Below, piece after piece: positions 10,255 through 19,224 of a stretch of 64,000 bases of DNA. Position 1 is the stretch's first letter, and every line of letters starts with the position of its first letter. Origin of the DNA: a virus; the IMG/VR virus record IMGVR_UViG_3300029286_001586, positions 10,053 to 74,052 of that record. One strand, given 5' to 3'. The notes below the pieces were generated by a model. That model was not told the origin of the DNA and did not search any database. It saw only the letters and a program-made list of their open reading frames with translations. The translations under genes were made by a program, and so were the position numbers.

Positions 10255-10260
10255 AAAAAA

Positions 10261-10734
10261 ATGGAAAAAATAACATCATGTGAATTGTCTGGAGTAAGAA
10301 GGGCGATAAACGACCCTGCTGCTGTTACTTATTCTGATGCGAGTTTATATGGATATGTAGGAGATGCTATTTTAGAACTTAGTACAAAATACACATGTCA
10401 AGAATTTGAAATAAGTGGCGGTGTTATTAATCCTGCTCCATCATATGCCGAACAATCTATTCTTGATTTACAGACCAAAATTTGTATCATGAATAGTAAT
10501 TTATTTTCTTCAAGTCTTAATGGTGGCATTTCTTATTCTGACCCCGTTAAAAAAATTGATACAACCGGGTTGTCTCAAAACATTAGTGTCGGGATAAATA
10601 AAGAAGAACAAAAACTAGAAAAACTCATTAGGTCATTAATGATGGACAAAGTTGACCCTGTTGGTAAACCTAGTTGGCAATCAAGCACTTCAAATGAAGA
10701 TGATAGTATAAGTTTAAATATTTTGGAGACATAA
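10261..10734 (+). CDS. Head-tail adaptor protein
   Basis: First gene after the capsid gene; VRRAINDP...YSDASL pattern. Confidence 0.6.
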   Translation: MEKITSCELSGVRRAINDPAAVTYSDASLYGYVGDAILELSTKYTCQEFEISGGVINPAPSYAEQSILDLQTKICIMNSNLFSSSLNGGISYSDPVKKIDTTGLSQNISVGINKEEQKLEKLIRSLMMDKVDPVGKPSWQSSTSNEDDSISLNILET

Positions 10735-11204
10735 TGAGCCAGTTACCGCTTTCTGCTACTCAATGGAATTATATAAAAGGAATAAAGGATGATATTAGAA
10801 ATTATTCTTTAAATACAAGCTATGTCGTACTTAGAACCAAAACAAGGGGCGGGTTGGTTTCTGGATTTAATGCTGACATTTGGGACACAAATTATGCGTC
10901 AGATAGTATTGTTGATGAAGTCATAAGTGGTGAGTTTTTTGATACGGCAGGAAAAAATTACCAGTATGTTGAAGGCGGAAGATTTCAAGGTACTGATGCA
11001 CAGTTTCTAACGCTTTTTAATTATAAAAATTCTTTTCAAAATTGTAATGAAGTTTGGAAGAATGTTACATTTAGTGGGGGCTTGATACCAGTATATGTAA
11101 GTGGGACAAACAATTTTGTTAGTGGCGATGCTTATCAAGTATTAGGAATTCGAGAGCTTCCTTATTCGTACGAGCTGAATTTGTATCTCAAATTAAAAAT
11201 ATAG
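10734..11204 (+). CDS. Head closure/stopper protein
   Basis: Position and size; C-terminal YQVLGIRE strand pattern. Confidence 0.5.
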   Translation: MSQLPLSATQWNYIKGIKDDIRNYSLNTSYVVLRTKTRGGLVSGFNADIWDTNYASDSIVDEVISGEFFDTAGKNYQYVEGGRFQGTDAQFLTLFNYKNSFQNCNEVWKNVTFSGGLIPVYVSGTNNFVSGDAYQVLGIRELPYSYELNLYLKLKI

Positions 11205-11235
11205 CCGAAGGCAAGAAAAATAAAGGGGAACCAAA

Positions 11236-12669
11236 ATGACAGCATTTCAAGATATAAGTTCATTTAATAGTTATTACAATGTTACGAAGAAGCTAGGATT
11301 GCCTGGAGATACCGAGGTATTAGCATCTGGGATAGAAAGAATTTGGACAAATTCGGTTTTTGCCAAACTTGATATTATAAATTCAGGTATTCAAAATATT
11401 GATTTAGCAATAGATGTCACTCTTGCTGGAGCAGTTTGGGCTGATGGCTTTGAGGTTTCTGGAAGTATGTTAGCAGCAACTGTTCCTTTTATAAGCGGTA
11501 AATTATCAACTCTCCAAACTCAAATGGGTGCGAACACTAAATCAATAACTGACAAAATAGATGCGGTTGTATTGGGGCAGATTTGGCAAGACGGATTTGA
11601 ACCTTCAGGAAGTTTGTTAAATGCGTCTATTTCTTCAAGGGCAACACAAACATCTGTTGATTTAATTTCAGGAATGATTGGAATTCTTCCTGGGGATTTG
11701 AATAGCATAAATTTGGCAGATGTTTCTACGATGTCGGGATTTATGGTTCCTAATATAAAAAGCGATATTTTACAAAATTTTAATTATTTAAGTGGTATGT
11801 TAGGAATTCTTCCTACTGAATTTAGTGTTACTTTAGATTTGTCGGGACAAACAATTGCAGTAACTTTAGACCCAGAAGGAACATGGGATGATAGGTTCTT
11901 ACCTAGTGGTTCATTGCTTCCGACAATTGACACGAAGATAGATGTTCTGTCTGGATTGATTGGTATTTTACCAGGAGACATTTCTGCATTAGCTCTTGAA
12001 AATAGTGTTGGTATTGTTTCTGGACTATTAGGAATTATTCCTACTGATTTAAGTTCACTATCTTCTCAGTCTTCTCTTGATGATTTGTCTGGAATTGTCG
12101 GATTATTGCCAAATGATTTAACGGATATATATGATTTTGTTCAATATGTTTCAACAGACCCAGCGACAGAATCAGCAGCTACAACTAATTATGAAAACCT
12201 TTCGGGAATGATAGGGATATTACCGACAGATAATGCAGCAGTTCAGTCCTCTTTGGATTTGATATCTGGTCTTGTTTCCGCAATTCCAGCAATAGAAACA
12301 CCATTGGTTCTTACTAAAGGAACATATTTTAAAACTAAGACAGCATCGGCAGCCAATTATGGTTCTGGTATATTTGTAGGGCTTTATTCTGGTCTTGCAA
12401 ATGCAGATATGACAATAAATGCTTTTACTATTTCAGACGCTTCAGCAACTATGGGTTCTAACAAAGTTAAAATATTAGATAAAGATGGGATAAGAATATT
12501 TCCTTATACAGACGGAGTTTCATATACACCAGGAACAGAAAACGTTCTTACTGACCAAATAGGTCTTGTATCTGGAATGTCTTATTTCATGCAAGTTTAT
12601 TGTGAAAGTATTAGTGGTGGAACAGGAACAGCAACGCTTTCTTCGATGAAAATAATAGAAAGAATTTAA
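11236..12669 (+). CDS. Repeat-rich virion fibre/neck protein
   Basis: About 7 copies of (L/I/V)SG(M/L/I)xGILP and 3 copies of WxDxFxxSGSxL; 19 SG dipeptides. Confidence 0.55.
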   Translation: MTAFQDISSFNSYYNVTKKLGLPGDTEVLASGIERIWTNSVFAKLDIINSGIQNIDLAIDVTLAGAVWADGFEVSGSMLAATVPFISGKLSTLQTQMGANTKSITDKIDAVVLGQIWQDGFEPSGSLLNASISSRATQTSVDLISGMIGILPGDLNSINLADVSTMSGFMVPNIKSDILQNFNYLSGMLGILPTEFSVTLDLSGQTIAVTLDPEGTWDDRFLPSGSLLPTIDTKIDVLSGLIGILPGDISALALENSVGIVSGLLGIIPTDLSSLSSQSSLDDLSGIVGLLPNDLTDIYDFVQYVSTDPATESAATTNYENLSGMIGILPTDNAAVQSSLDLISGLVSAIPAIETPLVLTKGTYFKTKTASAANYGSGIFVGLYSGLANADMTINAFTISDASATMGSNKVKILDKDGIRIFPYTDGVSYTPGTENVLTDQIGLVSGMSYFMQVYCESISGGTGTATLSSMKIIERI

Positions 12670-12670
12670 T

Positions 12671-12949
12671 ATGTCAGAATTCTATTATAAAGTTCCGACA
12701 ACAATGACGGGCGGAGAAGATGACCCCGTTGTGCGATTTCTTAAAAAGTACAACCAAGAAGGGGCAGAGGTCAGGATATCTTACGGTGACGGCGTGGCGG
12801 TTGTTCAGATAACTGCCGAGAAAGAACCTGTGATAGAGGATGCAAAAACTTGTGAGAAGATTACTGATATTAAAACTTACTCTGATGTGAAGTTACCAGG
12901 GTTTAGTGCAACCAACTTTACTGCTGATGCTGTGCGGAAGGACAAATAA
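12671..12949 (+). CDS. Hypothetical protein
   Basis: Tightly packed ORF in the virion module. Confidence 0.55.
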   Translation: MSEFYYKVPTTMTGGEDDPVVRFLKKYNQEGAEVRISYGDGVAVVQITAEKEPVIEDAKTCEKITDIKTYSDVKLPGFSATNFTADAVRKDK

Positions 12950-14019
12950 TGGCAACAGTAACAATAGGGCATAGTAAAACATATGATTGGAGTAAAGGCG
13001 CATTAGTAAATCTTCAGCATACCAATATCACCACAAATAGTGGGGCGGATGGCTGGATGGTTTTGGCTTTTGAAGCGTCTACCACGGAGAAAGCATGGAG
13101 TAATTTAACCGATTGGACTGTTTCTGCTAATGGGACGGCAACGGCGACATCTGATGGAACCGAGCTTACCCTTACTAATCCGACAGGTGTTGTGAATATT
13201 AGCAAGACATCCTTTTTGGATGCCGATGTTACCCATACTGTATTGAATTTAATCAAGTTCGATTCGTATGGGACAACCGCAGCTCAGTGGAACGGTTTCA
13301 CCTTGTATGGAGGGGACGGAACTCGCAGACGAGCCTACAACTGGCATTCAGATGGGACATATGAAGACTTATATAATTACAGTCCTCCAGTAGGCGATGC
13401 TGTAAAGTATGATACAACATACCCAATAGACACATCTAGATACCATATAAGAGGGTATTACAATGCTGATGGTGCTGATGCAGATGTAATGGTAATTGAT
13501 GGCGAAGAAATTCTCACAGGAATTGACACCTACACATCCAGTTCTGACTCCCGTAAGTTGATGTTAGAAAATGGCGGGAATCCTGTAACCGTTAAAGTAT
13601 TATGGACGAAGCATTGGAACACACCGACACCGTGGGAAACGACGGACGCAACATGGACTTCAACTTACGACGATGCCATATTTGATGCGGGTTCAGGCAA
13701 TCAGTGGAAGAAGCTGGACTGGACAGCAGTAACCGCCAACTCAACTGGTTTAGTTATGAAAGTCAGATGTGCTGCAACTTCAGGAGGACTAAGCTCTGCA
13801 ACTTATGAAACCGTCACAAGCGGGACAGACTTCACAACAAAAGACCGCTACATACAGATCGAGTGTACAATGAGCGACGCCTCAAGCGGGCGGTTCACCC
13901 CCGTACTGAAGGACTTAACTATGACGGATGAGGAAGGTTCAGGTCCAGTAACACCGACAGTAAATAAGTCTGGAAATATACTAAGAAAATTTATTAGGAT
14001 GTGTAGGGCAACTTTATGA
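12949..14019 (+). CDS. Beta-rich virion protein (fibre/lectin-like)
   Basis: Thr/Asp/Gly-rich; C-terminal WTS...RYIQI...TPVLKDLT motif typical of virion beta-sandwich proteins. Confidence 0.55.
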   Translation: MATVTIGHSKTYDWSKGALVNLQHTNITTNSGADGWMVLAFEASTTEKAWSNLTDWTVSANGTATATSDGTELTLTNPTGVVNISKTSFLDADVTHTVLNLIKFDSYGTTAAQWNGFTLYGGDGTRRRAYNWHSDGTYEDLYNYSPPVGDAVKYDTTYPIDTSRYHIRGYYNADGADADVMVIDGEEILTGIDTYTSSSDSRKLMLENGGNPVTVKVLWTKHWNTPTPWETTDATWTSTYDDAIFDAGSGNQWKKLDWTAVTANSTGLVMKVRCAATSGGLSSATYETVTSGTDFTTKDRYIQIECTMSDASSGRFTPVLKDLTMTDEEGSGPVTPTVNKSGNILRKFIRMCRATL

Positions 14020-14990
14020 GTGCAGAATTTGTATCAACAAACGACCAAGTAAAACTAATTGATAACTACGGATGGAATGTTGAATGTACTCCTATGGATG
14101 AATTAAGAACAGTAGAACCTGTTCGTTTAGTTGGTGCTACATTTGTTGGAACATCTATTGATTCAAATTTTTGGACTGCAACACTAACATATAGCGGAAC
14201 TGCTACACAAGCAAATAATCAGATAATTTTAAATAACAACACTACAATAACGGGAGGAACTGCGGTTCTTCAATCATTTAGAACAGCAAGATATATTGGA
14301 GGTTCCGCAAATAGGTATCGGGCGCAGATACAATTAGGTAATACTGGTGTGGTTAATAACGTGCGTAAATGGGGAGCATATGATGGGACAGATGGAGCAT
14401 ATTTTAAATTATCAGGAACAGAACTCGCTGTTTGCACTTTAAAAGGAGGGGTAGAATCTCCCGTAGCTTCGTCTTCTTGGAACAATAATCAAACAATTCC
14501 TACGGTGTCTGATGTTAATTCTTATGAAATATATTGGACAAATGCCAAAGTATATTTTGTTATTGGCGGAGTTTTAAAACACACCGCTTCATTTTTAACT
14601 ACAACGTGGTCTAATACGACAAATCTTCCAGTACGGATGGAAACAATTAATACTGATATTAATAGTAATAATACTATTATGGCAAGAGTATCTACTATAT
14701 ATAGATTGGGGCAGTTGAAAACGCTTCCCACATATAAGCACATATCAGGAGCAGCTTATACTCAATGTAAAAATTCTCAGGGAAGTTTGCATCAAATTGT
14801 GATAAATAATCCCGCCACTGGAGACATATCAGTTTATGACAATCTGAGTGGTTTCTTTTCAAATGTTATAGCGAGAGTGAATTCTGCTAATAATACCCAG
14901 CCTTATAATTTATTATTTGATTGCCCGTTTTTTAATGGACTTATGATTGAATCGTTAGCCAATCAAGACCTAACAATTGTTTATGAGTAA
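14016..14990 (+). CDS. Beta-rich virion protein
   Basis: ARYIGG, WGAYDGTDGAYF, YEIYW....YFVIGGVLKH, NLPVRME motifs; lectin-like composition. Confidence 0.55.
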   Translation: MSAEFVSTNDQVKLIDNYGWNVECTPMDELRTVEPVRLVGATFVGTSIDSNFWTATLTYSGTATQANNQIILNNNTTITGGTAVLQSFRTARYIGGSANRYRAQIQLGNTGVVNNVRKWGAYDGTDGAYFKLSGTELAVCTLKGGVESPVASSSWNNNQTIPTVSDVNSYEIYWTNAKVYFVIGGVLKHTASFLTTTWSNTTNLPVRMETINTDINSNNTIMARVSTIYRLGQLKTLPTYKHISGAAYTQCKNSQGSLHQIVINNPATGDISVYDNLSGFFSNVIARVNSANNTQPYNLLFDCPFFNGLMIESLANQDLTIVYE

Positions 14991-14993
14991 TAT

Positions 14994-15500
14994 ATGGTAA
15001 ATTCAATTACAGAAGAAGATTATATAAAGAACATGACAAGTTCTTTGATAGACTATACCAAATCTGGTGTTGGTACTACAATAACTATTAATAATGTCAC
15101 TTATAATTTGACATATGATTATAACTTTCCAAAATACACAAAAGATTTTGAAAATTTATTACCAATCATTATTTTTGACCATATAGGAACTGACCAAGAC
15201 ACTGATTTTGGTCTGGGCAATACAAAGAAATATATGTCAACAATAAGGATTTATGGATTTTGTGGAGGGACCAAACCAAATGACGAAAGACATGACGAAG
15301 AAATGAGAGTCAAACTTATGTCACTTATAATGAAAAATTTAAGCGACAAATATGCAATACCGTTTAAGGAGGGTGCAGTAGTAAAAGGCAGGATGGAAAC
15401 AAAGGCAAGTATCAAAAAACTGGAAGCAACATCTTTGAGTGTAGTCGATAGACACCGATGGGTTGCTGACGTTTTTGTAAAAATGGCATACAAGAGATAA
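14994..15500 (+). CDS. Tail terminator/completion protein
   Basis: Immediately upstream of the tail tube gene; LPIII and size. Confidence 0.55.
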   Translation: MVNSITEEDYIKNMTSSLIDYTKSGVGTTITINNVTYNLTYDYNFPKYTKDFENLLPIIIFDHIGTDQDTDFGLGNTKKYMSTIRIYGFCGGTKPNDERHDEEMRVKLMSLIMKNLSDKYAIPFKEGAVVKGRMETKASIKKLEATSLSVVDRHRWVADVFVKMAYKR

Positions 15501-15515
15501 CAAAGGAGAAATTAA

Positions 15516-17117
15516 ATGGCGAATCTGACATACACTGACTCAATCACGCTTCCTTCCGATAGATACCAAGTTTATGCTGCAACAAAATTTGGTAGGTTTG
15601 TAAATATAGAGGCTTTGCAGAGCGTTGGTATTAATCCAACAAGACCGAATGAAGTCAAAGACCAAATAGGAGATGTAAGTCACAGAGGAACGAGCCTTAA
15701 ACAGCCCATAGTCGCTGTACCACTTAATTCTCTTTTAGTTGATGCAACAATGCCACAGCTTTTAAGCGATAAAATGGGATGGGTGAATATAACACCCGCA
15801 GACCTGAATGGAACAACGCTTTCTGGTACGTCAAAAGTATATGCTAAAGTAGTTGCTCCTATTCTTAATTCTGGAGTATATGAAATTAGGGCGATAGCAC
15901 AGGACAAAGTAAGTATTGCTGTTTCTGGTGGTGCAGTTAAAATTGCATCTCTTATCGTAGGTGCTGGCACTGACGCAAAACAAAGTAGCGTCGGAGTTCT
16001 TGATAATGGAATTGAAGTCGCTATAACTGATTTGTCTGGACTTCTGAGAGCAGGAGATACGGCTAAATTCGGAGTGGCTACGATAAACCATTGGGACGCA
16101 GAAGTTGATTTTAAACTTGCAAGCGTTGACATGCGGGTAGTTGTGAAAGACGGTATTGGAAACATACACAAAACTTTCTATCTTCCCGATATGGCTGCTA
16201 TGAATCTAAATCAGAGCTTTACTGCTGACGGTGATGCGACTGAAGCTGTTGATTTTGAGACCGAGATATTCCAGCAATATGACGGATATCTTCTAAAGAG
16301 ACAGGTTGTAGTCGGAACTGCAATGGCTGCTGCGAAACAGATAACATTTGATAATATATTTCCTAGTGAGTCTGGTATTGTAACTCCACAAGTTCACAAA
16401 ACAGGTTCTCCTTATGCAGGAAAATATTTTACGAGAATAACAAAGACTTCAAGTGCTAATGTTGATACGGTTTATACCGAGCAGTCTGGGCTTCAGGCAA
16501 CTGCTGCTGCAACTGTAAAAGTAGATGCTCCTACAAAGAAACTTGATTTCGATGCTCTTGCTGTTGGTGACAGGATTGAACTTACATTCTTTTCTATGAA
16601 GTCGGGTTCAGCCACAGAAACATTCAATGAAACATTTCTTGATAATCCTATTTCAGTACCAGGTGATTATATCCCTGTATCAATAGGAGCCAATGCTTAT
16701 GACAGGGCAACTGCACTTTCAATAAGTACGGCGTTTAAGAGAGAAAGAAAACCGTATCTGGGTCAGACTGATGTTAAATATTCTCTTGGAAAAACTCCAG
16801 ACATAACTGGTTCTGTTTCGGCGAGCGATGAAGACCTAGCACTTATAAGACTGCTTTCTAAAGGTTCTACGACCGACGGTGGCGTTGAATACTATGTAAA
16901 AGAAACAGGCGATTACACGAACATGAGCGGAGTAAATCTCCAGCTTGTTGCCAATGTAAAAAGTCCTGCCGATAATACAACGACTGTTGTAAAGTACACC
17001 ATACCTACGATAGTAGTAACTGGATTTGACCAGAGTATAAGCGTTAGTGCTGACACGACTAGGAATTTCAACTGGATAAATAAATACGGAACCATGGACA
17101 TCGACCGTAATCTTTGA
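15516..17117 (+). CDS. Major tail (tube) protein, probably with inserted surface domains
   Basis: 533 aa, strong SD, followed by a hairpin and upstream of the chaperone and tape measure genes. Confidence 0.65.
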   Translation: MANLTYTDSITLPSDRYQVYAATKFGRFVNIEALQSVGINPTRPNEVKDQIGDVSHRGTSLKQPIVAVPLNSLLVDATMPQLLSDKMGWVNITPADLNGTTLSGTSKVYAKVVAPILNSGVYEIRAIAQDKVSIAVSGGAVKIASLIVGAGTDAKQSSVGVLDNGIEVAITDLSGLLRAGDTAKFGVATINHWDAEVDFKLASVDMRVVVKDGIGNIHKTFYLPDMAAMNLNQSFTADGDATEAVDFETEIFQQYDGYLLKRQVVVGTAMAAAKQITFDNIFPSESGIVTPQVHKTGSPYAGKYFTRITKTSSANVDTVYTEQSGLQATAAATVKVDAPTKKLDFDALAVGDRIELTFFSMKSGSATETFNETFLDNPISVPGDYIPVSIGANAYDRATALSISTAFKRERKPYLGQTDVKYSLGKTPDITGSVSASDEDLALIRLLSKGSTTDGGVEYYVKETGDYTNMSGVNLQLVANVKSPADNTTTVVKYTIPTIVVTGFDQSISVSADTTRNFNWINKYGTMDIDRNL

Positions 17118-17131
17118 TGATATAGCTTCTT

Positions 17132-17159
17132 GGGGCTGAGCTTTTAATCAGCCCCTATT
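17132..17159 (+). terminator. Hairpin after the tail tube gene (weak terminator)
   Basis: ggggctga/tcagcccc stem followed by tatt. Confidence 0.5.
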
Positions 17160-17214
17160 GACCCCTCTTTAGGAACAGGTTGGACACGGAAAAGGACAGG
17201 AAAGGATTATTTAT

Positions 17215-17640
17215 ATGAAAGAATCACTTTTAGACTCGATTGTATATAGAAACATGTTCGACATAACGGAGCTTTTGCTCGACCTTTGTAATATAAACAT
17301 AGGTAATGCGGAAAAAAGGAATAGAATAAAACAAGCGTTCTTGATGATAACCCGCAGACAGAAAAACAGAGTTATTACAGGTTTCCTTCAAATAAACAAT
17401 ACAAAAAGATTAGATTTTCTTACAGGCTGTTTTAGAGAAAATACAGACCTACTTAAAAAACGAGTAGCCATAATAGAAGATTTGAGTGAAGATTTGAGAA
17501 CCAAAATTTGCGAGGAGACAGATAAATACACAAACGAAGTAATCGCTAAAGTTGAAAGTATATGGAAAGAAAAAGGATTGGATTTGCTGACCGAAACACA
17601 AATGAAAGAAGAAATTTCGTGTTGGAAATCCTGGAAATAG
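17215..17640 (+). CDS. Hypothetical protein
   Basis: 141-aa ORF with SD. Confidence 0.55.
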   Translation: MKESLLDSIVYRNMFDITELLLDLCNINIGNAEKRNRIKQAFLMITRRQKNRVITGFLQINNTKRLDFLTGCFRENTDLLKKRVAIIEDLSEDLRTKICEETDKYTNEVIAKVESIWKEKGLDLLTETQMKEEISCWKSWK

Positions 17641-17655
17641 GAAAAGGAGAAGAAA

Positions 17656-18294
17656 ATGTTTAAGAAAGCCGAAAAGTTCAATTTTGAAATCATGCTCAAT
17701 GGCAAGTATGATGCCGAAGGAAAAGCAGCCGTAACAAAGATATGCTTTATTCCAAAGAGCATTAGGGTGGAGACTAATGAAAAAGAAACATACCAAAAAG
17801 AAGTAGAGAAGATACTTCCAGAAGAAAGAACCAAGATAAACAAGATGTTTTATGATGCTATTTTGGTTCTACCACAAGAAGATATCATAGCTACATATAT
17901 AGCTGAGAACGAAAATAAATATGTAGAAATAGCTCGTTCTTCTGTTATTGCTGATGGAAAAACTGATGATGAATTTAAACAAGCAATCAAAATGAAAGTT
18001 GATAAAATAAAGGAATCAGAAAAAGAAAAACTCGCTGGTAAAGATGTTATTAAGCTCGTAGCAGAAATAGCAGACAGGCGCACAGATTTATATACTATGA
18101 CTAAAGCAATAACAAAAACTTTGCTTTATGTATTTAGCGAGTGCATTAGATATCAGGACGATACCAGTAAAAAAGTATTTAAAAATGCAGATGATGTTGA
18201 GGATTCGATAACAGAGAACGATATGACCATGCTCATAGACAAGTGGAGAGAATTTCGTGAGGGTATGGAAGAAGCTGACGCAAAAAACTCGTAA
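17656..18294 (+). CDS. Tail assembly chaperone (G-type)
   Basis: Ends GCA AAA AAC TCG TAA with a slippery heptamer; lies upstream of the tape measure gene. Confidence 0.7.
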   Translation: MFKKAEKFNFEIMLNGKYDAEGKAAVTKICFIPKSIRVETNEKETYQKEVEKILPEERTKINKMFYDAILVLPQEDIIATYIAENENKYVEIARSSVIADGKTDDEFKQAIKMKVDKIKESEKEKLAGKDVIKLVAEIADRRTDLYTMTKAITKTLLYVFSECIRYQDDTSKKVFKNADDVEDSITENDMTMLIDKWREFREGMEEADAKNS

Positions 18295-18587
18295 GGGAGT
18301 CTGGTTATGTTAGACAGGCTGAATTGTATGCACAAAGATATGGGATTGGACTTCAAGAACTGTTCTTTGGCAACGATTGGATTCCCGACGGCGAAATCGA
18401 TGCTTTTTTCGTCCACATGGCGTATTGGTATAGGTACGCCGAATATGTTTCTGAACAAATGTCGTATAATGATATTGATGAGCTTGATGAAGATGTTAAA
18501 TGGAATCCCGTTCAGTTCAACGCACTTATAGAGAAGATAAAGAAGCAAAAAGAGCAGGAAAAGAAACGTAAAAGTAAGAAAAAATGA
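18282..18587 (+). CDS. Tail assembly chaperone GT extension via -1 frameshift
   Basis: A_AAA_AAC at 18282-18288; the -1 frame is open (KLVRESGYVRQAELYAQRYG...) to 18587. Confidence 0.7.
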   Translation, partial: KKLVRESGYVRQAELYAQRYGIGLQELFFGNDWIPDGEIDAFFVHMAYWYRYAEYVSEQMSYNDIDELDEDVKWNPVQFNALIEKIKKQKEQEKKRKSKKK

Positions 18588-19222
18588 CGACACATTTTGA
18601 ATTAGTAGCAACACCACAATGGGCTAAACGCTTTCAATTACTAAAAGATAGTATAAAAGTTCGTTTAGCCGATAAAGCAACAAACGCTGTTCAAATGGCT
18701 TTAGATACTGCTGCGGGTGCTGCTCCTGAATTTAATGAAGGTGAATACGATACTCGTATGTGGAAATGGATTTTTGAAAATAATCCAAATTACAAACCCA
18801 AAGCTGGTGCGATTAAAGGCGCACTGGTTTTTGATAGTACAAAAGACAGAAAGTATAATGCAGTTGAAGGATATATTGTAGGATATGGAAACATATCAAG
18901 ATTGAATGAAGCCACTGATGGTTTCGGTGATTTTATTTATATTGGTGGTCCTCATGCAAATCAACCCGAAAAATGGGCGAGGAATATGGTAAGACCAAAT
19001 CCAAATCATGGTATGGCATACCCTGGGGGGGTATTCCAGCCCAAGTCATTATTTGATTATGGGTTTTGGTATGCAATGGAATATGGTATGCAAGGAAAAA
19101 AACACACAGTAACACCAAGAAATTTTATGGGAAAAGGCACTCAAATAATTACAAAATTTTGGGAAATGTATATTAAAAAAGATGCTCTTAAATTAATAGC
19201 TAAAGACTGGAACGGAGTATAG
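18584..19222 (+). CDS. HK97 gp10-like tail completion/neck protein
   Basis: AP...GAIKGAL..., WYAMEYG...PRNFM motifs. Confidence 0.55.
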   Translation: MTTHFELVATPQWAKRFQLLKDSIKVRLADKATNAVQMALDTAAGAAPEFNEGEYDTRMWKWIFENNPNYKPKAGAIKGALVFDSTKDRKYNAVEGYIVGYGNISRLNEATDGFGDFIYIGGPHANQPEKWARNMVRPNPNHGMAYPGGVFQPKSLFDYGFWYAMEYGMQGKKHTVTPRNFMGKGTQIITKFWEMYIKKDALKLIAKDWNGV

Positions 19223-19224
19223 AA

